From: Bacteroidota bacterium
GTDB lineage: Bacteria; Bacteroidota; Bacteroidia; B-17B0; Aurantibacillaceae
NCBI GenBank assembly: GCA_016711805.1
Contig: JADJSH010000010.1
Coordinates: 1 to 64,000 of the forward strand
Direction: 5' to 3'
Length of the DNA: 64,000 nt
The position numbers and the translations under genes were made by a program. The notes under the pieces are model-generated. The model was not told the origin of the DNA, searched no databases, and worked only from the letters and a program-made list of their open reading frames with translations. The stretch's first letter is position 1; each line of letters begins with the position of its first letter. Of the stretch, positions 27,466 to 37,394 are shown piece after piece.

Positions 27466-30400
27466 ATGATGATTAAACGTGGTATTATAGTATTAAGTTT
27501 AACTATCTACTCTACTTTCTTATTTTCTCAACTTCAGGTAAAAAACTACTTTTCCATAACAGGCAAAAAAGATGTAGCGATAAATACTATTACCCAAGAC
27601 AACAATGGCTATTTATGGCTAGGTACCAAAGAAGGTCTTTATAAATTTGACGGTAAAGCATCGCAAGATGTGTTTAAGGATTATCCACAGCTAAAACAGG
27701 AAATAACATCTGTTTTTATTTCATCCAATAAAACAATATGGGTTGGAACTAAAACCGGTAAAGTCTTTTCGTATAAAAACAACAAACTCGATTCGCTCAG
27801 TTTTGGTAAAATACCTAATGAAGAAAGAATTACATCCATTTGCCAAGTAAACTCCATCACTTTTATAGGAACTTATGGAAATGGCCTGTACTCTTTATCT
27901 GATAACCAACTAAAGCATTATGACTCTGAACACGGTTTAAGCGACAATGTAATTTATTCGATTGAAACTGATGGCCAAGACAAGATTTGGTGCGGAACCG
28001 ATGCTGGAATTACGCAGATTAAAAATTTAAAAGCAAAGCCATACTTCAGTATTATCTCAAATAAAGATGGTTTACCAGATAATATTACTCGAGATTTATA
28101 TTTAAATGACAATCGGCTTTTAATTTCAATGCAAGATTCTGGCGCTTGTTATTATAACATAGCAACTAGCAAAATAGAACGTATTCCATTTTTCAATAAC
28201 TGGAATTTAGGAACGATTATTAATGGCGTTGAAGAGTCTCCCAAAAAGATAACCGTTGCTACTGAAAAAAATGGCATCATTGTGATAGATAATGGAAAAA
28301 TTTCGGTTTATAAATACGAAACAACTATTCAAGGTAGCACTATTAATGAGTTATTTGTAGATAATGCTGGTCAAATATGGCTTGCTTCTAAAAAAGGTTT
28401 AAACCAATTATACTCACGACGCTATGATTTTATCAATAATACAAATGGATTAGCTGATGATAAAATACTTGCCTTAGCCACAGATAACGATCATTCTATT
28501 TGGATTGGAACTTCCATGGGCATTTCTAAAATAATGGAAGATGATGAAGGGAAAATTGTAGTTAGTAAAATACAAGACTTAACAAAATATACGATTTCCT
28601 GTGCATCAAAAGCTCCAAACGGTGATATTTGGTTTGGAACGTACGGAAACGGTATTATCATTTTATGTTCTGAAACCAATAAAAACATCATTATCAATTC
28701 AAAAGATAATGGTCTATCAAACGATAATATTTGCAACATCTATTTTGCAGATAAAAACACAGTTTATATTTCAACTCTTGGCGGTGGTTTGATAAAAGCC
28801 TCCATCAGTGAAAATGATTCTAAGTTATTTAAAGTCGAAAAAACATATACTGAAACCGAAGGTTTGGGAAGTAATTATGTATACGCCTCTTTAACCGACA
28901 ATAACTCGAAACTATATATAGCAACTGATGGCGGTGGTTTACAAGTATTAGAAAACAATATGTTTGTGAGTATTACCAAAAAATTTAAATTAAACTCAAA
29001 TACTGTATTTTCAATTTGTAAAGATAAAAATAATGCAATTTGGGCAACCACCAATGCCAATGGTGTTATTAAATACGACGAAAAAACAATCACCTATTTT
29101 AATATGTCAAACGGCTTAAGAGATGAACAGCCGCAACAATTGATTTCAGCAGACAATACAATATATGCAATCAACTCAAAAGGAATTGATAAAATAAATT
29201 GTAAAGATAATACTGTGAGTTATTATGACTTGTTTGATGGCGACCTAGAACCAAATTTAAATGCCATTTTCTTTCACCAAAACAAATTTTATAGCGGCAC
29301 CAACAATGGAGTTTTAATCTTTCGAACAAATCAAGAATCAAAAGATAGTATTAAACCAACTATATTTATTAAGGGCTTGCAAGTTAATTATAAAGACTTC
29401 AATATAGATTCTACATCTGAGTTTAAGTATAACCAAAATAATATTTCTATTGAATTTGCTGGAATTTGGTTAAAAAATTCAGATAAACTTACCTATCGAC
29501 ATAAATTAATTGGAGCGGAAGAAAAATGGGTGTACACCAACGAAAGCAAATTAATTAATTACAACAATTTAAGTTCTGGTAATTACACTTTTGTGGTGCA
29601 ATCAAAAAACGAAGAAGATGTATGGAGTAATGAAGCTACCTATTCCTTTACAATTCTCACCCCAATTTGGTTACGTTGGTGGTTTTGGGTATTAGTAGTA
29701 GGAGTTGGTGGACTTAGTATCTACGCATTTTTAAAATACAGATTAAAAGCCCTCCAAAAGGAAAATTTATTATTAGAACAACGTGTTAACGAAAGAACTT
29801 TTGAAATCGAAAAACAATCAAAAATCATTGAAGATAAAAATGTGGCCTTAGAACAATTATCGCTTGTTGCCAGCAGAACCGATAATGTGGTGTTGATTTT
29901 GGATGCAGAAGGACGATTAGAATATGTAAATGAAAGTTTTGTTCGCCTAAATAGAATTACTTTAGAAGAACTAAAAATAAAAGCGGGAGAGACGATTTTC
30001 GAAATCAGCAATAATCCAGATATTAAAACTATTGTTGCAGAGGCTGTTTATCATAAAAAATCGGTTAATTACGAAGCTTTAAATAAAGTAGCTGATGGTG
30101 TTGAAATTTGGGAATCATCTACCCTTACACCAATTTTTGATGAAGATGGAATTCTTAAAAAAATCATCATTATTGATACCGATGTTACAGAGCGAAAAAA
30201 ACAAGAGCAAATCATCTATCAAAAAAATAAAGATATTACCGATAGCATTTCATATGCCCGTAAAATACAACATGCCATCTTACCACAAGATGATTTAATA
30301 AAAAAATATTTGCCACATTCGTTTGTACTATACATGACAAAAGATATTGTGAGTGGAGATTTTTATTGGTTTACACATATAAACGGTTCAAGTATTATAG

Positions 30401-31002
30401 CTGCTGTAGATTGCACAGGTCACGGTGTACCAGGAGCATTTATGAGCTTAATTGGATATAATATATTAAACAAAATTGTAAACGAACAAAAGATAACTGA
30501 TCCAAAAGATATTTTATTTGAATTAAATAATGGCATTTTAGAAGCCTTATATAAAAACGAATCTGAATCAAAAGATGGAATGGATATTGCCATTTGCAAA
30601 ATTAATCATACCGAAAACACTGTTGATTACGCAGGTGCCATGAGGCCATTATGGATTATAAAAAATAATGAACATAAAGCAACTGAGCTTGTTGAAGTGA
30701 AAGCTGATAAAATACCAATTGGAACAAAACAGGAAAGTAGAGACGAAATTATAAAATACACCACTCACACCATTCAAGTAAATAAAGGTGATAGCTTTTA
30801 TATATTTACAGATGGCTACGCCGATCAATTTGGTGGTGCTAAAAACAAAAAATATAGTACTGGGAAATTTAAAGAATTATTGATAAAAAATTCTCAACTA
30901 GACTTTTCTACACAAGAAAAAAATTGTAAAATTGAGCATCACCAATGGAAAGCCAATTTTGAACAAGTTGATGATATTTTAGTAATAGGATTTACCATAT
31001 AA
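27466..31002 (+). CDS. sensor protein: periplasmic two-component-regulator beta-propeller repeats + Y_Y_Y domain, TM helix, coiled-coil, PAS domain, C-terminal PP2C/SpoIIE serine phosphatase
   Basis: Repeated W.GT..GL beta-propeller motifs; single TM (WLRWWFWVLVVGVGGLSIYAF). PP2C region ...DISYARKIQHAILP...VSGDFYWF...AAVDCTGHGVPGAFMS...FYIFTDGYADQFGG typical of RsbU/SpoIIE phosphatases. Confidence 0.8.
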   Translation: MMIKRGIIVLSLTIYSTFLFSQLQVKNYFSITGKKDVAINTITQDNNGYLWLGTKEGLYKFDGKASQDVFKDYPQLKQEITSVFISSNKTIWVGTKTGKVFSYKNNKLDSLSFGKIPNEERITSICQVNSITFIGTYGNGLYSLSDNQLKHYDSEHGLSDNVIYSIETDGQDKIWCGTDAGITQIKNLKAKPYFSIISNKDGLPDNITRDLYLNDNRLLISMQDSGACYYNIATSKIERIPFFNNWNLGTIINGVEESPKKITVATEKNGIIVIDNGKISVYKYETTIQGSTINELFVDNAGQIWLASKKGLNQLYSRRYDFINNTNGLADDKILALATDNDHSIWIGTSMGISKIMEDDEGKIVVSKIQDLTKYTISCASKAPNGDIWFGTYGNGIIILCSETNKNIIINSKDNGLSNDNICNIYFADKNTVYISTLGGGLIKASISENDSKLFKVEKTYTETEGLGSNYVYASLTDNNSKLYIATDGGGLQVLENNMFVSITKKFKLNSNTVFSICKDKNNAIWATTNANGVIKYDEKTITYFNMSNGLRDEQPQQLISADNTIYAINSKGIDKINCKDNTVSYYDLFDGDLEPNLNAIFFHQNKFYSGTNNGVLIFRTNQESKDSIKPTIFIKGLQVNYKDFNIDSTSEFKYNQNNISIEFAGIWLKNSDKLTYRHKLIGAEEKWVYTNESKLINYNNLSSGNYTFVVQSKNEEDVWSNEATYSFTILTPIWLRWWFWVLVVGVGGLSIYAFLKYRLKALQKENLLLEQRVNERTFEIEKQSKIIEDKNVALEQLSLVASRTDNVVLILDAEGRLEYVNESFVRLNRITLEELKIKAGETIFEISNNPDIKTIVAEAVYHKKSVNYEALNKVADGVEIWESSTLTPIFDEDGILKKIIIIDTDVTERKKQEQIIYQKNKDITDSISYARKIQHAILPQDDLIKKYLPHSFVLYMTKDIVSGDFYWFTHINGSSIIAAVDCTGHGVPGAFMSLIGYNILNKIVNEQKITDPKDILFELNNGILEALYKNESESKDGMDIAICKINHTENTVDYAGAMRPLWIIKNNEHKATELVEVKADKIPIGTKQESRDEIIKYTTHTIQVNKGDSFYIFTDGYADQFGGAKNKKYSTGKFKELLIKNSQLDFSTQEKNCKIEHHQWKANFEQVDDILVIGFTI

Positions 31003-31011
31003 AACATCTTT

Positions 31012-31854
31012 ATGTCCATTTTAATTGCCGATAGCGGCTCTACAAAAACCGATTGGGTTTTACTAGACAACAATAATATCATTATTCAATTTCAAACAAT
31101 TGGTTTTAATCCCTATTTTCAAAGTAGCGATGATATCTATACTGAAATAAAGAATAAATTAATTCCCATTCTTCACGATCAACTTCATTCCATTAAACAT
31201 ATAGCTTATTACGGTGCAGGTTGCTCTACTCCCGAAAAAGTGCAAGTTGTGAAACAAGGTTTATACTTAGCATTCGGCAACATACACTCTGAAGTAAACC
31301 ATGATTTATTGGCGGCAGCAAGAGCGCTTTGCGGTAAAGAAAAAGGTATAGCATGTATTTTGGGTACAGGTAGTAATAGCTGTTTATATGATGGAACCGA
31401 AGTAACAGAAAATGTACCTTCAGTTGGTTATTTATTTGGAGATCATGGCAGTGGCGCCACCATTGGAAGAACCTTTGTACAACATTATTTTGATGGTAAA
31501 TTACCTATTCATTTAGTTACAGCTTTTGAAAATGCTGGTTATCACCGCGAAGTTATCTTAGAAAATGTTTACAAAAAGCCTATGCCAAGTAAATACTTGG
31601 CAAGCATCATGAAATTTTTATCGGAGTATAACAATGATAGTTATGTAAAAGGTTTAATTAAAAGTTGTTTTCTGGATTTTTTTGATGCACAAGTATCAAA
31701 GTACACAGATGCTAAAAGTTTGCCTGTAAATTCCGTTGGTTCTATTGGCTTTTATTATAAAGAAATATTAGCTGATGCTGCAAAAGAAAAAGGCTTTATC
31801 ATTGGAAATATTATTAAATCTCCTATCGACGGATTAATTAAATACCATAGCTAA
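31012..31854 (+). CDS. BadF/BadG/BcrA/BcrD-type ATPase (N-acetylglucosamine kinase-like)
   Basis: N-terminal phosphate-1 motif ILIADSGSTKTDWVL; ~280 aa ASKHA-fold. Confidence 0.6.
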   Translation: MSILIADSGSTKTDWVLLDNNNIIIQFQTIGFNPYFQSSDDIYTEIKNKLIPILHDQLHSIKHIAYYGAGCSTPEKVQVVKQGLYLAFGNIHSEVNHDLLAAARALCGKEKGIACILGTGSNSCLYDGTEVTENVPSVGYLFGDHGSGATIGRTFVQHYFDGKLPIHLVTAFENAGYHREVILENVYKKPMPSKYLASIMKFLSEYNNDSYVKGLIKSCFLDFFDAQVSKYTDAKSLPVNSVGSIGFYYKEILADAAKEKGFIIGNIIKSPIDGLIKYHS

Positions 31855-32630
31855 TGTCTTTTGTCATTATCCCATTAACCGCGTTAATTGCTTCTATATT
31901 AACTTTTTTTTCGGGATTTGGATTGGGCACCATTTTACTGCCAGTCTTTACTATTTATTATCCGGCACCTATTGCTGTGGGATTAACGGCCATAGTTCAT
32001 TTTTTAAATAATGCTTTTAAAATTGGATTAGTATACAAACACATTAATTGGAAAGTCGTTTTAAAATTTGGTATACCATCATTAATAGCTGCTTTGTTTG
32101 GAGCCTTCGTATTAGAGAGATTGTCAGAATCATCACTTGTTTTATATTCGTATCACATAAACAATCACACCTTTCAAATCAATTTATTTAATGTGTTAAT
32201 TGGAACACTAATTATTTTCTTTTCATTGTTTGAAGTCATTCCATACTTCAAAAATTTAAGTTTTAACGAAAGTAAATTAACGATTGGTGGTTTATTAAGT
32301 GGTTTTTTTGGAGGATTAAGCGGACATCAAGGAGCATTACGTAGTGCCTTTTTAGTTCGGTTAAATTTAAGTAAAGAGACATTTGTGTCAACGGGTACGG
32401 CAATTGCTTGCATCGTAGATGTTGGCAGAATGAGTATTTATGCGATGACTTTTAATTTTACTCACGTTCAAAACAATTCAACAGTAATTTTAATGGCTGT
32501 TGGTGCTGCATTTTTAGGTGCTTTAATTGGCAATAAATTATTAAAGAAAACCACCTTAGGATTTTTAAAATGGTTTGTAACGATTTTTATGATTAGTATC
32601 GCCTTATTAATGATATTAGGTATTTTATAA
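31854..32630 (+). CDS. sulfite exporter TauE/SafE family membrane protein
   Basis: Two repeated 4-TM halves with FFSGFGLGTILLPV and GGLSGHQGALRSAFLV motifs. Confidence 0.65.
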   Translation: MSFVIIPLTALIASILTFFSGFGLGTILLPVFTIYYPAPIAVGLTAIVHFLNNAFKIGLVYKHINWKVVLKFGIPSLIAALFGAFVLERLSESSLVLYSYHINNHTFQINLFNVLIGTLIIFFSLFEVIPYFKNLSFNESKLTIGGLLSGFFGGLSGHQGALRSAFLVRLNLSKETFVSTGTAIACIVDVGRMSIYAMTFNFTHVQNNSTVILMAVGAAFLGALIGNKLLKKTTLGFLKWFVTIFMISIALLMILGIL

Positions 32631-32665
32631 TACAAAAAACTATAAGACAAAAAAAAAGACAACCC

Positions 32666-32692
32666 AATTGGATTGTCTTTTTTATTTTATAT
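32666..32692. terminator. bidirectional rho-independent terminator
   Basis: aagacaacccaattggattgtcttttttatttt between convergent tauE-like and rplT genes. Confidence 0.6.
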
Positions 32693-32704
32693 AAGAAGTA
32701 AATT

Positions 32705-33049
32705 TTATTTTACTTGCTCAACAACTGCTTTGAAAGCTTCAGGATGATTCATCGCTAAATCAGCTAATACTTTACGGTTTAAGTTGATGTTTTTAGCGTT
32801 TACTTTTCCAATAAACTCAGAATAACTCATTCCGTATTGGCGAACACCTGCATTGATACGTTGTATCCACAATGAACGCATTGTACGTTTCTTGTTTTTA
32901 CGATCGCGGTAAGCGTAAGTTAAACCTTTTTCTAAGGTATTTTTGGCGATTGTCCAAACATTACCTCTTGCACCCCAATAACCTTTAGTTAAAGCTAGGA
33001 TTTTCTTTCTGCGAGCTCTACTCGCAACGTGATTGACTGAACGTGGCAT
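32705..33049 (-). CDS. rplT: 50S ribosomal protein L20
   Basis: 114 aa, [29 protein letters not shown]... unmistakable L20. Confidence 0.95.
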   Translation of the reverse strand: MPRSVNHVASRARRKKILALTKGYWGARGNVWTIAKNTLEKGLTYAYRDRKNKKRTMRSLWIQRINAGVRQYGMSYSEFIGKVNAKNINLNRKVLADLAMNHPEAFKAVVEQVK

Positions 33050-33147
33050 TTCTTTTTAATTTTTTGATTTTACGTGGCTAATTTTTAGCACTTTTAAAAC
33101 GTAGTTTCTGGTTAATTGAATAACCTTTGTACCGGGTAATGTAAAGA

Positions 33148-33342
33148 TTACATTGCTAATAAAAACTTGATGTTATTCGTATCACGCTTATGAACTAAGC
33201 CTGATTTCGTTAACGCACGTTTTCCTTTAGTTGTTTTCTTAGTCAAGATATGACTTTTGAAAGCATGTTTTCTTTTGATTTTGCCGGTCCCAGTTACAGA
33301 GAATCTCTTCTTTGCACTAGAGTTTGTTTTCATTTTTGGCAT
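33148..33342 (-). CDS. rpmI: 50S ribosomal protein L35
   Basis: 64 aa, [14 protein letters not shown]...; conserved infC-rpmI-rplT order. Confidence 0.9.
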   Translation of the reverse strand: MPKMKTNSSAKKRFSVTGTGKIKRKHAFKSHILTKKTTKGKRALTKSGLVHKRDTNNIKFLLAM

Positions 33343-33376
33343 TTTTCGTTATTTATTTATTTGTTAGTACTCTCTT

Positions 33377-34033
33377 TTATTTGCTTACTTTTTTAGGAGC
33401 AAGAACCATTAGCATTTTTTTACCTTCTAAAACAGGCAACTGCTCTGCTTTCCCCCACTCTTCTAATTCTGAAGCAAAACGTAATAATAAAATGGTTCCT
33501 TGTTCTTTAAATACAATCTCACGACCTCTAAAAAACACAAACGCTTTTACTTTACTTCCTTCTTGTAAAAACTTCATAGCGTGGTTTTTCTTAAATTGAT
33601 AATCGTGCTCATCCGTGTGTGGACCAAAACGAATATCTTTAACAACAACCTTTGATGCTTTTGCTTTTACTTCTTTTGCTTTCTTTTTTAACTCGTATAA
33701 GTACTTACCGTAATCAATAATTTTACAAACAGGTGGATCAACATTTGGAGCAATTTCCACTAAATCTACGCCTAATTCTTCTGCCATTTTAATAGCTTCG
33801 TCTATAGGATAAACTCCAGCTTCAATATCATCTCCTACAACACGCACTTGTGGTGTATTACGTATATTTTTATTTATACGATGTTGCTCTTCTCTAACTC
33901 CAGGACGCTTAAAACCTTCTCGTAATCCACGAGGACGTTTAAATTCTGGTTTTGCTCCAGGCACAACAGTACCAGGTTTAACAGGACCTGTGTTCTTGTT
34001 GTTGTTGTTTATTGGTTTCTTAAAAACGCTAAT
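33377..34033 (-). CDS. infC: translation initiation factor IF-3, probable AUU start codon
   Basis: IF-3 N- and C-domains (VRVVGDDIE...VDLVEI...[12 protein letters not shown]...). The in-frame reading continues upstream of the GTG used by the ORF track to an ATT codon at 34033-34031, which is preceded by GGAGGT 7 nt upstream and a TAA stop further upstream. AUU initiation is the conserved autoregulatory feature of infC. Confidence 0.8.
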   Translation of the reverse strand: MSVFKKPINNNNKNTGPVKPGTVVPGAKPEFKRPRGLREGFKRPGVREEQHRINKNIRNTPQVRVVGDDIEAGVYPIDEAIKMAEELGVDLVEIAPNVDPPVCKIIDYGKYLYELKKKAKEVKAKASKVVVKDIRFGPHTDEHDYQFKKNHAMKFLQEGSKVKAFVFFRGREIVFKEQGTILLLRFASELEEWGKAEQLPVLEGKKMLMVLAPKKVSK

Positions 34034-34052
34034 TGTGACCTCCGCTTTTTAG

Positions 34053-36007
34053 TTAATTAATAATTGTTTTTTGTTTAAAATCGTTGTCGATGGTTGTTTG
34101 TATGAGTTTTGCAAAGTCTTCAATAGTCATTGTGCCTATATCGCCTTTACCATGTTCTCGCACTGCAACAGTCCCTTCTTCAGCTTCTTTTTCGCCAACA
34201 ACTAACATAAACGGTACTTTGTTTACTTCGTTATCGCGAATTTTTTTGCCAATTTTTTCGTTTCTATCATCAACAAGGCCGCGAATATCGGAAATATTTA
34301 ACAATTCTGAAACTTTTTTTGCATAATCGTTATATTTTTCACTAATCGGTAAAATTGCATATTGGTCGGGTGTTAACCAAAGTGGGAAATTACCACCACA
34401 ATGTTCAATTAAAACCGCTATAAAACGCTCTAAACTTCCAAATGGCGCTCTGTGAATCATTACAGGACGGTGTTTTTGATTATCCGAACCTGTATATTCC
34501 AATTCAAAACGCTCAGGTAAGTTGTAGTCTACTTGAATAGTTCCTAATTGCCATTTACGCCCTAAAGCATCTTTTACCATAAAATCCAGTTTTGGACCAT
34601 AAAAAGCTGCCTCGCCAGTTTCAACTACAGTTCTTAGCCCTTTTTCGGCTGCTGAATCAATAATAGCTTGTTCTGCTAAAGCCCAATTTTCATCAGAACC
34701 AATGTATTTAGTTTTATTTTCAGGGTCTCTTAATGATACCTGAGCTGTATAATCTTTAAAATCTAAAGCATTAAATACATATAATACTAAATCAATTACT
34801 TTTAAAAACTCTTCTTTTACTTGATCCGGACGAACAAATAAATGCGCATCATCTTGAGTAAAGCCACGCACACGAGTTAAGCCATGTAATTCTCCTTTTT
34901 GTTCGTAACGATATACCGTTCCAAACTCTGCGTAACGCACAGGCAAATCTTTATAAGATTTTGGTGACGATTTATAAATTTCGCAGTGATGCGGGCAATT
35001 CATTGGTTTTAAGTAAAACTCCTCACCTTCGTGTGGTGTTTTAATTGGTTGAAATGAATCTGCTCCATATTTTTCATAATGTCCTGAACAAACGTATAAT
35101 TCCTTTTGAGCAATATGAGGCGTTACGACTGGTAAATAACCAGCTTTCATTTGTGCCTTTTGCATAAACTGAATTAAACGTTCGCGCAACATGGCACCTT
35201 TTGGCAACCATAATGGTAAACCAAGTCCCACTTTTTCAGAGAAAGTAAATAATTCTAATTCCTTACCTAACTTACGATGATCACGCTTTTTTGCTTCTTC
35301 TAATAAAACTAAATATTCTTTTAGTTCTTTATCCTTAGGAAAAGCAATACCATAGATACGAGTCAACATTTTGTTTTTCTCGTCGCCTTTCCAATAAGCA
35401 CCAGCAATATTTAAAACCTTAACCGCTTTAATAAATCCAGTGTTTGGAATGTGCGGCCCACGACATAAATCCGTAAAATTACCTTGAGTATATAATGAAA
35501 TATTACCGTCGTCTAAACGCTCTAATAAATCTAATTTATAGTGATCGCCTTTATCTGTAAAGTACTTAATAGCATCGGCTTTACTAATTTCTTTGCGAAT
35601 GTATTCGTTGCTTTGACGAGCTAACTCTAACATTTTTGCTTCAATTTTCTCGAAATCAGCAGGCGTTAAGGTTTCTCCATTCAAATCCACATCGTAGTAA
35701 AAACCATTTTCTAAAGGAGGACCAACCCAAAATTTCACATTTGGATACAAAGCTTCTAAAGCCTCTGCTAATAAATGGGCTGATGAATGCCATAAGGTGT
35801 ATTTTTTCCTTCGGCATCATTCCACGTTAATAAGCTAAGTTTACTATCTTCATTAATTGCTCCGTTAGCGTCAATTACTTCGCCGTTAACTTTTGCTGAA
35901 AGCACATTTCGTGCTAATCCTTCGCTAATGCTCTGTGCTACTTGCATAGAGGTGGTTCCTTTTGGGTATTCGCGGATGGAACCATCTGGTAGAGTTATTT
36001 TTATCAT
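34053..36007 (-). CDS. thrS: threonine--tRNA ligase, reading frame interrupted by a 1-nt deletion in a homopolymer (probable assembly error)
   Basis: 79-aa ORF (TGS domain) plus 565-aa ORF (N2, catalytic, anticodon-binding domains). Restoring one A in the A6 run (plus-strand T-run 35802-35807) gives ...[29 protein letters not shown]..., a continuous ~645-aa ThrRS with the conserved HxxxH motif. Confidence 0.85.
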
Positions 36008-36228
36008 AATGTTGCCCCACTTACAAATGTGGGTTTTAATTTAGGGGAACAAAGATAATGGAATTTGTTAATTTCTAAGGATTTTGAGGTTAATATCTGA
36101 AGTTTTTTAATTAAACGAATTCATTCATAATAATTTAACAATTATTTCAAATTAGATGTTGTAACATTTAATGTTGTAACTTATATTTGTCAAATAATTA
36201 TAAAACATTAATCAATAATATTAAATTT

Positions 36229-36825
36229 ATGAAAACAACTTTTAAAACATTAGTAGCAGTAGCTGCAATCTCTTTAAGCGCTAAAGCACAAACAAACTGG
36301 AATGTAGATGGATCTCACAGTAAATTAGGATTCGCTGTAACTCACATGATGGTAAGCGAAACAGAAGGGAAATTTAAAATTTACGAAGGAAAAGTATCTT
36401 CAAAAGGAGATTTAGATTTTACAGATGCTAAAATTGACTTTACTGTAGATGCGGCTAGTATCAATACTGATGATGAAAAAAGAGATGGTCACTTAAAAAG
36501 CCCTGACTTTTTTGATGTTGCTAAATTTCCAAAAATTACTTTCGTGAGTAAATCCATGAAACCTGGAAAAGTAAAAGGTACTTATACGTTAACTGGAGAT
36601 TTAACGATGCATGGAGTAACTAAATCAGTTTCTTTAACTGCTATCGGTGCTTCTAAAATAGTAAAAGATCCATACGGAATGGAGCGTTATGCATTTAAAG
36701 TAACTGGTACGATTAACCGTAAAGATTTTGGTTTAGCTTGGAACGCAGCTTTAGAAGCTGGTGGTGTTGCCGTTAGCGAAGATGTTCGTTTAGATATTAA
36801 TGTAGAAATTACAAAAGCTAAGTAA
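36229..36825 (+). CDS. YceI-like periplasmic family protein (second paralog)
   Basis: Signal peptide MKTTFKTLVAVAAISLSAKAQ (real start probably this internal Met, not 36187); YceI pattern GSHSKLGF.V.HMMVSETEGKF. Confidence 0.75.
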   Translation: MKTTFKTLVAVAAISLSAKAQTNWNVDGSHSKLGFAVTHMMVSETEGKFKIYEGKVSSKGDLDFTDAKIDFTVDAASINTDDEKRDGHLKSPDFFDVAKFPKITFVSKSMKPGKVKGTYTLTGDLTMHGVTKSVSLTAIGASKIVKDPYGMERYAFKVTGTINRKDFGLAWNAALEAGGVAVSEDVRLDINVEITKAK

Positions 36826-36841
36826 TTTAAAAAATAGTAAA

Positions 36842-36873
36842 TTAGTCCCCAGCTTTAACTGGGGACTTTTTTT
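36842..36873 (+). terminator. rho-independent terminator
   Basis: agtccccagctttaactggggacttttttt. Confidence 0.65.
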
Positions 36874-36885
36874 ATACTTAAAATT

Positions 36886-37335
36886 TTGAGATTAGAAGAC
36901 GAAATACAACAGAAAAAATTTAAAAGCATACAACAAAAGTTAATGCTTAATTTAATTTATACTACCAATTGGCTAACATCCAAGCAAGATTCTCTTTTTA
37001 AAGACTCTGATATTACAGTGCAACAATACAATGTTTTACGCATATTAAGAGGTCAATACCCAAATCCATGTAGTATAAAATTAATTAAAGAACGCATGCT
37101 GGACCGTATGAGCGATACCTCAAGAATCGTAGATAAGCTTTATACAAAAAAACTACTTGAAAGAAATGAATGTCCTGATGATAGAAGAAGTGTAAACGTC
37201 GTTATTTCTGATAAAGGATTAGAGTTATTGAAATCATTAGATTATGTAGATGATTTATCAAAACAATCCTTAAAGTCATTAACAACAGCCGAGATCAACA
37301 CTTTGAATGAGCTTTTGGATAAATTAAGGGATTAA
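36886..37335 (+). CDS. MarR family transcriptional regulator
   Basis: Winged-helix region QQYNVLRILRG...RMLDRMSDTSRIVDKLYTKKLLER...DRRSV. Confidence 0.8.
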   Translation: MRLEDEIQQKKFKSIQQKLMLNLIYTTNWLTSKQDSLFKDSDITVQQYNVLRILRGQYPNPCSIKLIKERMLDRMSDTSRIVDKLYTKKLLERNECPDDRRSVNVVISDKGLELLKSLDYVDDLSKQSLKSLTTAEINTLNELLDKLRD

Positions 37336-37394
37336 TTATTCGAAATAAGATTTTAGAAGTGAGATTTAAGAAGTAGAATAAAAACTTCCTACCT

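Noticed and set aside
34053-36007. Programmed ribosomal frameshifting or genuine pseudogenisation of thrS, maeB, the CPBP protease and the CCA-adding enzyme
   Set aside because: All four disruptions are single-base deletions inside homopolymer runs, and two of the genes are essential. Systematic sequencing error is the most economical explanation, but it needs read-level confirmation.
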